A model generated the notes under the pieces. The model had not been told where the DNA came from, ran no database searches, and saw only the letters and a program-made list of their open reading frames with translations. A DNA stretch of 64,000 bases from an uncultured Lachnospiraceae bacterium. GTDB lineage: Bacteria > Bacillota > Clostridia > Lachnospirales > Lachnospiraceae. Each line of letters opens with the position of its first letter. Within the stretch, counting starts at the first letter, position 1. Positions 16,837-27,460 of this stretch are shown piece after piece. The position numbers were made by a program, and so were the translations under genes. The stretch is taken from contig CANREB010000005.1 in the NCBI GenBank assembly GCA_947629525.1, positions 13,738-77,737 on the forward strand, written 5' to 3'.

Positions 16837-17721
16837 TCAGCCCATCTTTTTGCTCCCCGCTATGATATGTGAGAAGAATGCAGCCATACCGCGTTTTACG
16901 GATGGTTTGTCGTACTCCTTGTCTACAAGGGCGTACGCCATTTTTTCAAAAGCAATAGCCGACCTCGAATTGGGGCTTTGCATGCTGACAGGCATCTGCT
17001 GCATAACAGCCTCTTCAAGCCGCCTGTCCTGAGGTATCGCGCCTAAATATGACACCGGAAGGTTAAGGTACTTGCTGACTACGGTGTTAAGCTTGCTGTA
17101 CATTACCTCGCCCTCTATCTCGCCCGAAACCTTATTTGCCACTATCTTTATACTTGAATTTTCACGCGAAAATCTCGGGTGCTGGTTAAGCGCCTTAAGC
17201 AGCGAATATGAATCGGTTATGGAAGTCGGCTCGGGCGTTGTGACCACTAAAATCTCACCGCTTGCAACAAGGAAATCAAGCACGGCATCGGAAATGCCCG
17301 CGCCCGTATCTATGATAATGATATCGGCATTTGCGTCGAGTTTTGCAAGATTTTGAATTATACAGTTCAGATATTCATGGCTTAAATTGGACATATTCGC
17401 TATACCCGAACCGCCAGAAATAAACCCGATGTCCATAGGACCCCATGTTATTATCTCGGTAATATCTTTTCCCTCGTAGATAAGGTCGCTTAAGTTGTGC
17501 CTTGGTACTGCCCCGAACATGATCTCGATATTGGCAAGACCGAAATCGGCGTCAAGAATAATGACCCTGTAGCCCATGTTCTTGAACTGGCATGCAAGGT
17601 TAATAGAAGTATTAGACTTGCCTACACCGCCTTTCCCGCTCGTCACGGTAATGACCCTCGCAAGAGGCTTGGGCGCAGGATTCATCTTTATTACATTTCT
17701 AAGCTGTTCCGCTTGATCCAT
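16837..17721 (-). CDS. flhG: flagellar number regulator FlhG/YlxH (MinD-type ATPase)
   Basis: Deviant Walker A VTSGKGGVGKSN. Position directly after flhF. Confidence 0.9.
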   Translation of the reverse strand: MDQAEQLRNVIKMNPAPKPLARVITVTSGKGGVGKSNTSINLACQFKNMGYRVIILDADFGLANIEIMFGAVPRHNLSDLIYEGKDITEIITWGPMDIGFISGGSGIANMSNLSHEYLNCIIQNLAKLDANADIIIIDTGAGISDAVLDFLVASGEILVVTTPEPTSITDSYSLLKALNQHPRFSRENSSIKIVANKVSGEIEGEVMYSKLNTVVSKYLNLPVSYLGAIPQDRRLEEAVMQQMPVSMQSPNSRSAIAFEKMAYALVDKEYDKPSVKRGMAAFFSHIIAGSKKMG

Positions 17722-17736
17722 AGTATAAACCTCCCG

Positions 17737-19131
17737 CTAACGTCTGCCGCCAAGTAACTGTTTCACTGTCGCCTGAGGATTAAAATACTCGATATCGTCA
17801 GGGACGTTCTGACCGCAGGTAACGTAAGAAAGCATAGCTCCGGTGTAAAGCTTAAGATTGTATATATTTCCCAAAGTGGATGTCTCGTCAACTTTTGTGA
17901 ATATAAGCTTATAATCCGCTATCTCTTTATAAGTATCGGCTATCTTCATCAAATCCCTGTATTTTGTCGCCGCAGACAATACAAGGAATACTTCCTTGAC
18001 AGCCTGGGAATCGACTGAATTTATCAGATCGCTCATGCTCTCGCACTGAGCCTCGTTGTTGGGCGAATGTCCCGTAGTGTCAACAAGTATATAATCGTAT
18101 TCCTTAAAGTCCTCAATGGCGCCTGATATCTCCTTGACCGTATACACGACCCGAAAAGGCACTTCAAGTATGTTCGCATATGTGCGAAGCTGCTCCGCCG
18201 CCGCTATCCTGTAGGTATCTGCCGTAAGAAGCGCTACTTTCTTTTTGTGTTCGACTATATATGACGAAGCTATCTTGGCGATCGTGGTAGTCTTGCCAAC
18301 CCCTGTAGGTCCTACAAAAAACACTACCTTGGGTCCCCTGCTGTCCTCATCCATGATATACGGTTTGCCGAACTTTAATATCATGCGCTGATATATCTCC
18401 GAAAGCATATAATCCAGTGTGACATCCGGCTTACATACCTTATCTATCTCATCGATTATCTCATTGGCGTACTTTTCGTTTATTTCATTGTCTATCATCT
18501 TGCTGTAAAGCAGTCTGAGGAAATTTACCCTGTCCTTGTTTTCTTCTTTTTTCTCCTCTTCCTCAGGCTTTGCCTCATCAAAGACGCCTTTTGCGGTGTC
18601 CTGCTGCTGATATATCTGTTTCTCCAGTAAGTTTTGAAGGTTATCAAGTTTCTCCTCTATATGTCTGCCTGCGCTCTTAGCGCTTTCCGCGTTACTCTCA
18701 GCCACAAGCTGCTCTGTTCCGGACGCACTCCTGCTGTTCCTTTTCGCACTGCTGTCAGACTTTGAGCGCGGCTCGTTCTGCGGCGGAAACGCGGCAAGCA
18801 CCTCCGCTACTGCCTGACCTACCGCTTTAGCGTCGTCTAACGGTTCGGGCTGTTTCATCGGCACTATCTTGTCATGGCTTAAGCTGACTTCGACGCCCTC
18901 ATATTTTGTTTCTTTGCGCTCTTCGCTTTTGGATGCCGACGCTATGCCGTATTTCTCATTATCGTCTTCCTTTGCCACAGTAACTTCTATCTTAGTCCCG
19001 CCAAAAAAACTCATAAGCCCCTTTGACTTGACAGTCTTGACATTCATCTCCACAATGCCGTCGCCAAGCTCCTTTTTGGCAAGCTCCAACGCATCTTCTT
19101 TTGTCTTTCCCTGAAATTTCTTAATTATCAT
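17737..19131 (-). CDS. flhF: flagellar biosynthesis GTPase FlhF (SRP-type)
   Basis: N-terminus MIIKKFQGKTKEDALELAKKELG, G-domain GPTGVGKTTT, DTTGHS. Overlaps the flhA stop by 4 nt. Confidence 0.92.
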   Translation of the reverse strand: MIIKKFQGKTKEDALELAKKELGDGIVEMNVKTVKSKGLMSFFGGTKIEVTVAKEDDNEKYGIASASKSEERKETKYEGVEVSLSHDKIVPMKQPEPLDDAKAVGQAVAEVLAAFPPQNEPRSKSDSSAKRNSRSASGTEQLVAESNAESAKSAGRHIEEKLDNLQNLLEKQIYQQQDTAKGVFDEAKPEEEEKKEENKDRVNFLRLLYSKMIDNEINEKYANEIIDEIDKVCKPDVTLDYMLSEIYQRMILKFGKPYIMDEDSRGPKVVFFVGPTGVGKTTTIAKIASSYIVEHKKKVALLTADTYRIAAAEQLRTYANILEVPFRVVYTVKEISGAIEDFKEYDYILVDTTGHSPNNEAQCESMSDLINSVDSQAVKEVFLVLSAATKYRDLMKIADTYKEIADYKLIFTKVDETSTLGNIYNLKLYTGAMLSYVTCGQNVPDDIEYFNPQATVKQLLGGRR

Positions 19132-21161
19132 GCTGTCACCATTCCTACTGATTGTAATTCAACATTTGAATCGATCTCATTGTATGAAACAACAACAAGA
19201 TCTTTATAATAATCCTCTGTCAGGCGCTTAAAATACATCCTGACGATAGGCGAGGTAATTATTATCGGATTTTTCCCAAGTTTTTCAAGCTTGGCTATCT
19301 CAGTCTCAACAGACTCCATTATCTGTTTGGTCTTTTCAGGGTCAAGCGCAAGGTACGCGCCCTGCTCCGTCTGCTTGACGCTTCCCATTATCTCCTGCTC
19401 AAGTCCCGGATCAAGCGTTACAACACTTGTCGTCTCGTTGACAGGGAAATACTTGTTGGAAATAGCCCTCTTAAGGCTTTGGCGCACATATTCGGTCAGG
19501 ATGTCCGTGTCCCTCGTAGTCGCCGCATGATCCGCAAGCGTTTCAAATATTGTAACCAAATCTCTCACGGAAATACCTTCTTTTAAGAGATTTTGCAATA
19601 CTTTCTGAATATCGCCAAGCCCCAAAAGCTTCGGAACAAGCTCCTCGACAAGCGAAGGATTTGTCTCCTTGACGTTGTTGACAAGGTTTTGGATATCCTG
19701 CCTCGTGAGCAGATCCGCAAGATACTGTCTGATTATCTCCGTCAGATGAGTCGCGATTATCGAAGGCGGATCTACTACCGTATATCCTACGCTCTCAGCG
19801 CGCTCTCTCTGACTCTCCGTTATCCATATTGCCGGAAGATGGAATGACGGTTCAAATGTCGGGATGCCCGAAATCTCTTCCTCCACAAAGCCCGGATTCA
19901 TCGCCATATAATGATCGAACAAGATCTCGCCCTCGCTGACCTGTATACCCTTTATCTTGATTATGTACTGGTTCGGGTTCAACTGGATATTATCCCTCAG
20001 ACGTATGATAGGCACAACAGTACCAAGTTCAAGCGCTATCTGTCTTCGTATCATAACGACACGGTCAAGAAGATCGCCGCCCTGATTGACATCGGCAAGC
20101 GGTATGATACCGTAACCGAACTCGAGCTCTATCGGGTCAACCTGCAGCAGCGAATTGACATTCTCGGGTCTGCGTATCTCGTCCGCGCTCTCCTCGCTCT
20201 CCTCAGCCTCGGCTTCTATGTTGGCAACCTCGATAGTGTTGGCGATCATGCGTCCTCCGATTATGAACGCCGCACCCATAAGCACGAATATGATAGGGTT
20301 AAGAGGCGTCACTATGCCAAGGAAAGCAAGTACGCCGCCAACCATATACATTACTTTAGGCATGCCGAAAAGCTGTCCGACAAGCACGGAACCAAAGTCC
20401 GCTTCCTTTGAGCCTTTCGTTACCAGTATACCTGTTGAAAGTGAAATAAGAAGCGACGGTATCTGGCTTACAAGTCCGTCACCGATGGTAAGTATCGTGT
20501 ATTTGTTGAGCGCGTCGCCGATTGGCATTCCCTGACTTACCACACCCATTATAATACCGCCGATGATATTGACGCCCGTAATGATAAGACCCGCGGTAGC
20601 GTCTCCTTTTACAAACTTAACAGCACCGTCCATAGAACCGAAGAAACTTGATTCCTGCTGAATCTTATCTCTCATCTGCTTCGCTTCCGCATCGGTTATC
20701 GCACCCGTGTTTAAGTCGGCATCTATCGCCATCTGTTTACCGGGCATAGCATCCAACGTAAAACGCGCCGTTACTTCGGCAACTCGCTCGGAACCTTTGT
20801 TGATAACGACGAACTGTACGATTATCAAAATAATAAATATTACGACACCGATTACAAGATCGCCGCCGCCCACGAAATTACCGAATGTGGCAACGACATT
20901 ACCCGGATCGCCCGTCTTAAGGATAAGACGTGTTGACGAAACGTTGAGCGATATCCTGAAAAGGGTGCTGAAAAGCAAAATTGTCGGGAAGAATGACAAG
21001 TCCAAAACTTCTTTGACGAACATCGTCGTAAACAATATCACAAACGCAAGTGAAATATTAAAAGCAAGCAGTACATCGAGCATGCCGCTGCTTATCGGAA
21101 CGATAAGCATAATGATGGCACACAGCAAATACAGCGCTACGCCTATGTCCGCTTTCTTCAT
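19128..21161 (-). CDS. flhA: flagellar export apparatus protein FlhA
   Basis: Highly conserved FHIPEP motifs (RFTLDAMPGKQMAIDADL). ATG 21159-21161 follows GGGAGGAG and is preferred over the longer track ORF. Confidence 0.95.
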   Translation of the reverse strand: MKKADIGVALYLLCAIIMLIVPISSGMLDVLLAFNISLAFVILFTTMFVKEVLDLSFFPTILLFSTLFRISLNVSSTRLILKTGDPGNVVATFGNFVGGGDLVIGVVIFIILIIVQFVVINKGSERVAEVTARFTLDAMPGKQMAIDADLNTGAITDAEAKQMRDKIQQESSFFGSMDGAVKFVKGDATAGLIITGVNIIGGIIMGVVSQGMPIGDALNKYTILTIGDGLVSQIPSLLISLSTGILVTKGSKEADFGSVLVGQLFGMPKVMYMVGGVLAFLGIVTPLNPIIFVLMGAAFIIGGRMIANTIEVANIEAEAEESEESADEIRRPENVNSLLQVDPIELEFGYGIIPLADVNQGGDLLDRVVMIRRQIALELGTVVPIIRLRDNIQLNPNQYIIKIKGIQVSEGEILFDHYMAMNPGFVEEEISGIPTFEPSFHLPAIWITESQRERAESVGYTVVDPPSIIATHLTEIIRQYLADLLTRQDIQNLVNNVKETNPSLVEELVPKLLGLGDIQKVLQNLLKEGISVRDLVTIFETLADHAATTRDTDILTEYVRQSLKRAISNKYFPVNETTSVVTLDPGLEQEIMGSVKQTEQGAYLALDPEKTKQIMESVETEIAKLEKLGKNPIIITSPIVRMYFKRLTEDYYKDLVVVSYNEIDSNVELQSVGMVTA

Positions 21162-21287
21162 GTTTTTCTCCTCCCTGTATATCGTACAAATCTCTGATTT
21201 TAACTGCACACAAAAATACACATATTAAATATGCTTGTTTAGATTATCTCATAATTCAAATAATTTGTACACATAAAAATAAAAAAT

Positions 21288-22400
21288 TTATATTTTTCCC
21301 TGAAGTTTGTATACCATGGCAAGTACTTCCGCAACTGCCTGATACAGCTCCGGCGGCACTTCCTGCCCTATATCGACATTGGCGTAAAGCATTCGGGCAA
21401 GCGGCTTGTTTTCCACTATCTCCACGTTGTTCTCACGCGCTATCTCCTTTATCTTCTGTGCTATATAATCAGCACCTTTGGCAAGAACGACGGGCGCGGG
21501 TGCTTCGGACGGATCGTACCTTACCGCCACGGCATAGTGCGTCGGGTTCGTGATGACCACATCCGCCTTGGGGACATCCTGCATCATACGCCGCTGTGAC
21601 GCCTCACGCATCTTGCTTCGTATCTTGCCTTTAATCTGCGGGTCTCCCTCGGTATTCTTATATTCGTCTTTAACTTCCTGTTTGGTCATCTTGATATCTT
21701 TGTTAAACTTACGTCTCTGATATATAAGATCGATAAACGCCAGAAGAAGGTACACGAGCGATATCTTAAACCCCATATCGACCACGATGTCATATATGAG
21801 CGCAAGCGCCTGATAAAACGACATGGAATAAATCTGAAAAAGATATCTCCATTCATCTTTTACAGTCGTATAGACCACAATGCCTATGATAAATATCTTT
21901 GCTATGGACTTTAACAGCTCCATAAGCTTATCCGCCGAAAATATACGTTTAAAACCCGATACGGGATTTAGCTTACTGAATTTGGGACGCAGCGGTTTTG
22001 TGGTTATCTTAAACCGAAACTGCAGCATATTGATAACAACCGCAAGCACAATGCCCGCCGCAAAAAACGGCAGGACTAAAATCAGCATATCAACGATGAC
22101 TCCTTTAAACAGAACGTCATAATCTTTCGTGATGATGTTGCCGCCCCAGTATGTCGTATAATCGGGAAATTTGCCGTATATCTCCTCAAATATCCCCTTA
22201 AAACGGCTTCCCATAGTGCCTATCCAAAAACGCAGTATCACAAAAAGCGCGATAAGGTCTACCGCGTTTGAAAGTTCCTTACTTTTAGGGACTTTACCTT
22301 CTTCTCTTGTATCGTTCTTCCTTTTTTGAGTAGGCTCCTCTGTCTTTTCACCGCCCGGACCGTCGGCGGCGAAAAACTGCAGATTTAACTCTAAAATCAC
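21288..22400 (-). CDS. flhB: flagellar export apparatus protein FlhB
   Basis: EKTEEPTQKRKNDTREEGKVPKS N-terminus and the NPTH autocleavage site (VITNPTHYAVA). Confidence 0.95.
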   Translation of the reverse strand: MILELNLQFFAADGPGGEKTEEPTQKRKNDTREEGKVPKSKELSNAVDLIALFVILRFWIGTMGSRFKGIFEEIYGKFPDYTTYWGGNIITKDYDVLFKGVIVDMLILVLPFFAAGIVLAVVINMLQFRFKITTKPLRPKFSKLNPVSGFKRIFSADKLMELLKSIAKIFIIGIVVYTTVKDEWRYLFQIYSMSFYQALALIYDIVVDMGFKISLVYLLLAFIDLIYQRRKFNKDIKMTKQEVKDEYKNTEGDPQIKGKIRSKMREASQRRMMQDVPKADVVITNPTHYAVAVRYDPSEAPAPVVLAKGADYIAQKIKEIARENNVEIVENKPLARMLYANVDIGQEVPPELYQAVAEVLAMVYKLQGKI

Positions 22401-23179
22401 ATCATACCCTCCACCATCGACACTATCATCCTGCGCATCTGCGTCGCGATATAATCCGTGACTGTCGGAAGCATCGTGACCGCAAGCACCAGCACGCCAA
22501 GCCCTACAAGCAGCTTAAGCTGAATACCTACGGAAAACATATTCATCTGCGGCGCAAGCTTCGCAAGAAGCCCAAGCACCACATTCATAAGCGTAATGCA
22601 TGCAAAGACAGGCAGGCATATCCTGAAACCTATCGAAATATAATCGCTCAGAAAGTCTATGAGCGACGAAAGCAGCTTCTCCAAATCAAAATTTACCCCC
22701 GCTATCGGGATAAGCGTATATGTCTCCTTGAGTGCCTCGATAAAAAATCGGTGAAGTCCTGATATATACAGGATGAGCAGCGTGCCGTACTGTAACATGA
22801 CACCCGTTATCGAAGCCTGTTCATTGGTGGCAGGGTCAAACACACTCGCCATCGACAGACCGACCTCCATATCAATGATCCTTCCCGCAAATAAAACAAT
22901 GGAAGTACACAACTGCGCCCCTAATCCTATCAGAAGACCCACCGACACTTCCTTCAACACTACGACCGCGTACCCGAAGACAGTACCGTACTCGGGGAGC
23001 TCATGCGGCGCACCGGATACGTAAATGAGATACGACACGAATATGCTGAACGCGATCTTTATATTATTAGGCACTCCTCTCGTGCTAAAGAAAGGAGCGA
23101 CAAACACAAAGCTTGCTATCCTCATAAAAACCAAAAGGAATAATTCAAGCTCAGACAACGGAAAAGATAAATCAACCAT
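22397..23179 (-). CDS. fliR: flagellar export apparatus protein FliR
   Basis: 260-aa polytopic membrane protein in the conserved fliPQR-flhB order. 4-nt overlap with flhB. Confidence 0.9.
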   Translation of the reverse strand: MVDLSFPLSELELFLLVFMRIASFVFVAPFFSTRGVPNNIKIAFSIFVSYLIYVSGAPHELPEYGTVFGYAVVVLKEVSVGLLIGLGAQLCTSIVLFAGRIIDMEVGLSMASVFDPATNEQASITGVMLQYGTLLILYISGLHRFFIEALKETYTLIPIAGVNFDLEKLLSSLIDFLSDYISIGFRICLPVFACITLMNVVLGLLAKLAPQMNMFSVGIQLKLLVGLGVLVLAVTMLPTVTDYIATQMRRMIVSMVEGMM

Positions 23180-23197
23180 CTAAGCAGACTACTCCTT

Positions 23198-23467
23198 TTA
23201 TCTTATATAAACAGAAAAATTATCCCACAGGTTCGTCATATAGTTTGACATACTTGTGAGTATCCAGTGTCCAAGGAGCATAAGCGTCAAAAATATGCCT
23301 ACCACTTTCGGGACAAAAGTAAGCGTCTGCTCCTGAATAGACGTAACCGTCTGAAAAATACTTACCGCCAGACCGATGACCAGCGATACCAAAAGAGGCG
23401 GGGCAGCCGTCTTCAACACCAAAAACAGCGCATCCTGCATCATATCGGCAACCATTTCAACAGTCAT
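23198..23467 (-). CDS. fliQ: flagellar export apparatus protein FliQ
   Basis: 89-aa two-TM protein with the SIQEQTLTFVPK motif. Confidence 0.92.
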   Translation of the reverse strand: MTVEMVADMMQDALFLVLKTAAPPLLVSLVIGLAVSIFQTVTSIQEQTLTFVPKVVGIFLTLMLLGHWILTSMSNYMTNLWDNFSVYIR

Positions 23468-23490
23468 TCAAACACCCTCTTTGATATTTA

Positions 23491-24396
23491 TTAGAAAAAT
23501 GTCCTCACAAGATTTACGATCACAAGATTCCAACCGTCAGCAAGTACAAACAGCAGTATCTTAAACGGCATTGAAATCGTCGTCGGCGGCAGCATCATCA
23601 TACCCATACTCATAAGCACCGACGCCACGACCATATCAAGGACAATAAACGGTACATAAATTATAAAACCTATAATAAACGCCGTACGCAGTTCCCCTAT
23701 GATAAACGCGGGGATAAGCACGGACGTGGGAACCATATCCTGAGACTCGCCGTCCCATGGAACTTCGGCAAGCTGCATGAACACATCGATGTCACGCACC
23801 ATAGCCTGACTGAACATAAACTCCCTCATAGGATCCATAGCCTTCTCAAAAGCCTCGTCAAACTCTATCTCGCCCGCGTCATACGGCGCTATCGCCTCCG
23901 TATACATCTGTGTGAAAACAGGCTGCATAATATAAAAAGTAAGAAACAGCGAAATAGCGATAAGAACCTGATTAGGCGGCGCGGACTGCGTGTTAAGCGC
24001 CTGTCTTGTAAAATGCAGCACTATAAGTATTCTGGTAAAAGATGTGATAGTAACAAGCAGAATAGGAATAAGGGCTATCGCCGTGAGGATAAGCAGTATC
24101 CTCAGCTCACCGCTCAGCTCGCCGTTGCCGTCGTCATAGGTGATATGCAGACTGTTCGCAATATTCAGTTCCTTCAAATCGTCCGCGGTCTGTGCCGAGC
24201 CCGCCTCATTGATGGCGGTACGGTTTTCCTCGGAGTCTGTTTGGTCAAGAAAGCTGCCCGCCTCCTGACCGTCCTCCTCGGTAGTAGCGTTAGCCACTAT
24301 CGTATCAGCCAGCAATATAGTAAATACCATAATAAGCATGTACGCCAGTTTCCTGAGTTCCTGCTTAATATTGTATTTCTTGCCTGTATTTCCCAT
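23491..24396 (-). CDS. fliP: flagellar export apparatus protein FliP (long acidic N-terminal extension)
   Basis: Conserved core (FTRILIVLHFTRQALNTQSAPPNQVL...). ATG 24394-24396, 7 nt after AGGA, is preferred over the TTG at 24420. Confidence 0.92.
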   Translation of the reverse strand: MGNTGKKYNIKQELRKLAYMLIMVFTILLADTIVANATTEEDGQEAGSFLDQTDSEENRTAINEAGSAQTADDLKELNIANSLHITYDDGNGELSGELRILLILTAIALIPILLVTITSFTRILIVLHFTRQALNTQSAPPNQVLIAISLFLTFYIMQPVFTQMYTEAIAPYDAGEIEFDEAFEKAMDPMREFMFSQAMVRDIDVFMQLAEVPWDGESQDMVPTSVLIPAFIIGELRTAFIIGFIIYVPFIVLDMVVASVLMSMGMMMLPPTTISMPFKILLFVLADGWNLVIVNLVRTFF

Positions 24397-24453
24397 AAAT
24401 AAATCCTGACCCTCTAACAATTAAAAGCAGTCCAAACTACTAAACTAATAGCT

Positions 24454-24798
24454 TTACTGCTTTTTGAGTTTTTCCAGAATATCCTTGAAGCTTATATTAT
24501 TTGATGTGCCGCCGCCCGTCTTGTTGGGAACGGCAATATCGTCCTTAGACAGCTCCCCGAGAAGAGTTACGGTATCTTTGCACACAACATAGGAGAAATA
24601 TTTTTCCCCTATCCGCACAATCTGAATATACTTGGTTGGCGCTATTTTAAATGTCTCCAAGACCTCCACATTGCTTCCGAGCATCCTGCCCTTCTGAAGC
24701 CCCGCGGTAAGCTTTGTAGCGAAATACGCAAGCACCAACACAAATATAAATATCAGAATTACCGTAACAAGCTGCCCTATGGAACCGAGTCTGTCCAT
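24454..24798 (-). CDS. fliO: flagellar biosynthesis protein FliO/FliZ
   Basis: 114 aa with a single TM segment and the typical ...LEVLETFKIAPTKYIQIVRIGEKY pattern. The ATG overlaps the cheY stop (TGATG). Confidence 0.8.
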   Translation of the reverse strand: MDRLGSIGQLVTVILIFIFVLVLAYFATKLTAGLQKGRMLGSNVEVLETFKIAPTKYIQIVRIGEKYFSYVVCKDTVTLLGELSKDDIAVPNKTGGGTSNNISFKDILEKLKKQ

Positions 24799-25160
24799 CA
24801 GCCTACTACCTTCTTAACCGCCTCTAATACACGTTCCGCCTGAAAAGGCTTAACAATGAAGTCTTTTGCTCCTGACTGGATAGCTTCGATAACCATCGCC
24901 TGCTGACCCATAGCGGAACACATAATAACGTTAGCGCCGGGATCTGCCGCCTTAATAGCCTTTAACGCCTGAATACCGTCCATCTCCGGCATAGTGATAT
25001 CAAGCAGTGTAAGGTCGGGAGCCGCTTCCTTGTATTTGTCAACGGCAATCTTGCCATTCTCAGCCTCAGCTGCGATCTCGTAACCATTTTTTGTGAGGAT
25101 GTCCTTGATCATCATTCGCATAAATGCTGCGTCATCAACTATTAGTATTCTCTTTCCCAT
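24798..25160 (-). CDS. cheY: chemotaxis response regulator CheY
   Basis: 120-aa stand-alone receiver domain (ILIVDDAAFMR, LLDITMPEMDG, KPF). Confidence 0.93.
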   Translation of the reverse strand: MGKRILIVDDAAFMRMMIKDILTKNGYEIAAEAENGKIAVDKYKEAAPDLTLLDITMPEMDGIQALKAIKAADPGANVIMCSAMGQQAMVIEAIQSGAKDFIVKPFQAERVLEAVKKVVG

Positions 25161-25202
25161 ATTAAATCTTTTCCTTTCTACACATAACCTTAAAGGTATA
25201 AT

Positions 25203-26426
25203 TTATTTAATAATCTCCATAATTCTTACGCCAAAGCTCTCTTCGATAACTACTACCTCGCCTTTGGCAACGAACTTACCGTTTACCAAAACGTCGATAG
25301 GTTCACCTGCTATCTTATCAAGCTCTATGATAGTACCCGGCGCAAACTCGAGAATATCTGAAATCGATTTGCTGGTCCTGCCAAGTTCTACCGTTACTTC
25401 CAAAGGAACATCCCTGATGAGCCCGATACTCTCGGCGCTTACCATCTCGCTCTGCGGTGCGGAGAAATTTTGGAACTGAGCCGGCTGTATATTTACATTC
25501 GGCATACCGTAACCCATCGGCATTCCCATTTGAGGCATACCCATCTGCGGCATTCCCATTGGCATTCCCATCTGCGGCTGCATACCCGCCGTATTCATAT
25601 CCGGCATAGGCGCCGCCGCGGGAGCGGGCGTCGGTGCCGCGGGTGCAGGTGCAGGAGCGGGTGTCGGTGCGGGAGCAGGTGCAGGCTCCGAAGCTGCAGC
25701 CGACTCGCCAAGCTGCTGTTTCATGAATGTATCGTATACGGATTTTGCAAAATCATACGGATACAACTGCATCAAAGTTGAATCAACAAGTTCATCGATC
25801 TGCATACGGAATGAAATCTTGACAAATACATCTTCAAGGAAAGGCGAAAGCTCTCTCGGCTCCTTGGTATGTAAATCTACCAGACTCGCCTCCGGCGGAC
25901 TGATATCTATAGTCTTTCCAAGCATTGATGAAAGCGATGTGGAAGCGGAACCCATCATCTGATTCATCGCTTCTGAAATAGCGCTCAGATGCAGTTCGCT
26001 GAGTTCACCGTCTATATTCGTGCCATCACCGCCCATCATCAAATCGGTGATGACCTTAACATCATGCTCCTTTAATACTAATATGTTAGTACCGTTCAAA
26101 CCGACTGTATACTTTATCTGTATAAACACGCACGGTTTTTCGTAGTCAGCCATTACATCCGACCAACGGCACATCTCGACAACAGGCGTCGTAATATTTA
26201 CCTTTCTGTTTACCAGTGAATACAGTGTTGTCGCCGAAGTACCCATACTTATATTGGCTACTTCACCTATCGCGTCTTTCTCAACATCGGTAAGTTCTTC
26301 CACATTTCCTGTCGATGCCGCTGACGTATCTGCATCCGCCGCTCCTTCCGATGCCCCGCTGTCCGCCGACAGGTCAACACCGTTCAACAGCGCATTTATT
26401 TCATCTTGTGACAACATACCGTCCAT
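25203..26426 (-). CDS. fliY: flagellar motor switch phosphatase FliY (CheC-like domain plus FliN domain)
   Basis: CheC-type motifs (DAIGEVANISMGTSATTL, LSAISEAMNQMMGSAS), a PA/MGMPQ low-complexity linker, and a FliN C-terminus (VTVELGRT...GEPIDVLVNG). Confidence 0.9.
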   Translation of the reverse strand: MDGMLSQDEINALLNGVDLSADSGASEGAADADTSAASTGNVEELTDVEKDAIGEVANISMGTSATTLYSLVNRKVNITTPVVEMCRWSDVMADYEKPCVFIQIKYTVGLNGTNILVLKEHDVKVITDLMMGGDGTNIDGELSELHLSAISEAMNQMMGSASTSLSSMLGKTIDISPPEASLVDLHTKEPRELSPFLEDVFVKISFRMQIDELVDSTLMQLYPYDFAKSVYDTFMKQQLGESAAASEPAPAPAPTPAPAPAPAAPTPAPAAAPMPDMNTAGMQPQMGMPMGMPQMGMPQMGMPMGYGMPNVNIQPAQFQNFSAPQSEMVSAESIGLIRDVPLEVTVELGRTSKSISDILEFAPGTIIELDKIAGEPIDVLVNGKFVAKGEVVVIEESFGVRIMEIIK

Positions 26427-26431
26427 TGTCC

Positions 26432-27424
26432 TTATTCCTCCTCCCTATTCACTGTCGTTATCCTTACCGCATACGATTCTTTTGTCGCTCCGGGAACAGC
26501 AGTGAACTTCTTAATGTTTCCGACGTAGACGTCAAGCTCATCTTCAATGTGCGAATCAAGTCTTATAATGTCACCAACCTGAATATTGACAAAGTCATGC
26601 ACTGTTATAACGCTCTTGCCAAGTACCGCCTTGACAGGTACATCAACCCTGCGCACCATCGTCTCGATAAACTGCTCGTAATCCTCATCATCCATCTTCT
26701 GCAGACTTGAATACCAAAACTTAGTATTCAGTCTGTCCATAACGGACTCAAGCGTGAAGAACGGCAGACACACATTCATAAGACCTTCAACATCACCAAT
26801 CTTGACGTTCATAGTGACAAGTGCCACCATGTCACTCGGTGAAATAATCTGCGCAAACTGCGGATTTGTCTCTATCCTTTCAAGATAAGGATTTACCTCC
26901 GCAACGTTTTTCCAAGGTTCTCTAAGCAACTGCATACAGATAACCATTATACGTTCAATAATGCCCATCTCTATTTCCGAGAAATCTCTCGGTTTTTCAA
27001 TCGTTTCTCCCCTGCCGCCTAACATCCTGTCTATAATAGCATAACCCAAACCGCTTGTAAGTTCCATAATTATCGAACCCGGCATAGGCGCAAAGTTGAC
27101 AACCGTCAGCAGTACGGGATTTGACAACGCATTTGAAAACTCCGCAAAAGTTACCGTCTCGGAACTTGCCACACTTACCTGTACATTCTTACGCAGATAA
27201 ACAGGCAGGTTGGTTGACAGCAGTCTTCCGTAATGGTCAAAAATCATATTCAAAGTTCTTAAGTGCTCTTTAGAGAATTTAGCAGGACGGCTGAAATCAT
27301 AATTCTTTACCTGCCGTTCGTCTTTTTCCTGCATATCCTCAACATCTAACTCACCGGTGCTTAAAGCCTGGAGCAGACTGTCTATCTCACTTTGAGAAAG
27401 TACCTCTCCCATTTCGCTAATCAC
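26432..27424 (-). CDS. fliM: flagellar motor switch protein FliM
   Basis: N-terminal LSQSEIDSLL CheY-P-binding peptide. 330 aa, in the conserved fliL-fliM-fliY order. Confidence 0.93.
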   Translation of the reverse strand: MISEMGEVLSQSEIDSLLQALSTGELDVEDMQEKDERQVKNYDFSRPAKFSKEHLRTLNMIFDHYGRLLSTNLPVYLRKNVQVSVASSETVTFAEFSNALSNPVLLTVVNFAPMPGSIIMELTSGLGYAIIDRMLGGRGETIEKPRDFSEIEMGIIERIMVICMQLLREPWKNVAEVNPYLERIETNPQFAQIISPSDMVALVTMNVKIGDVEGLMNVCLPFFTLESVMDRLNTKFWYSSLQKMDDEDYEQFIETMVRRVDVPVKAVLGKSVITVHDFVNIQVGDIIRLDSHIEDELDVYVGNIKKFTAVPGATKESYAVRITTVNREEE

Positions 27425-27460
27425 CCCCTGTAGCTTTATTAAGAGGTATTAAAACCCTTT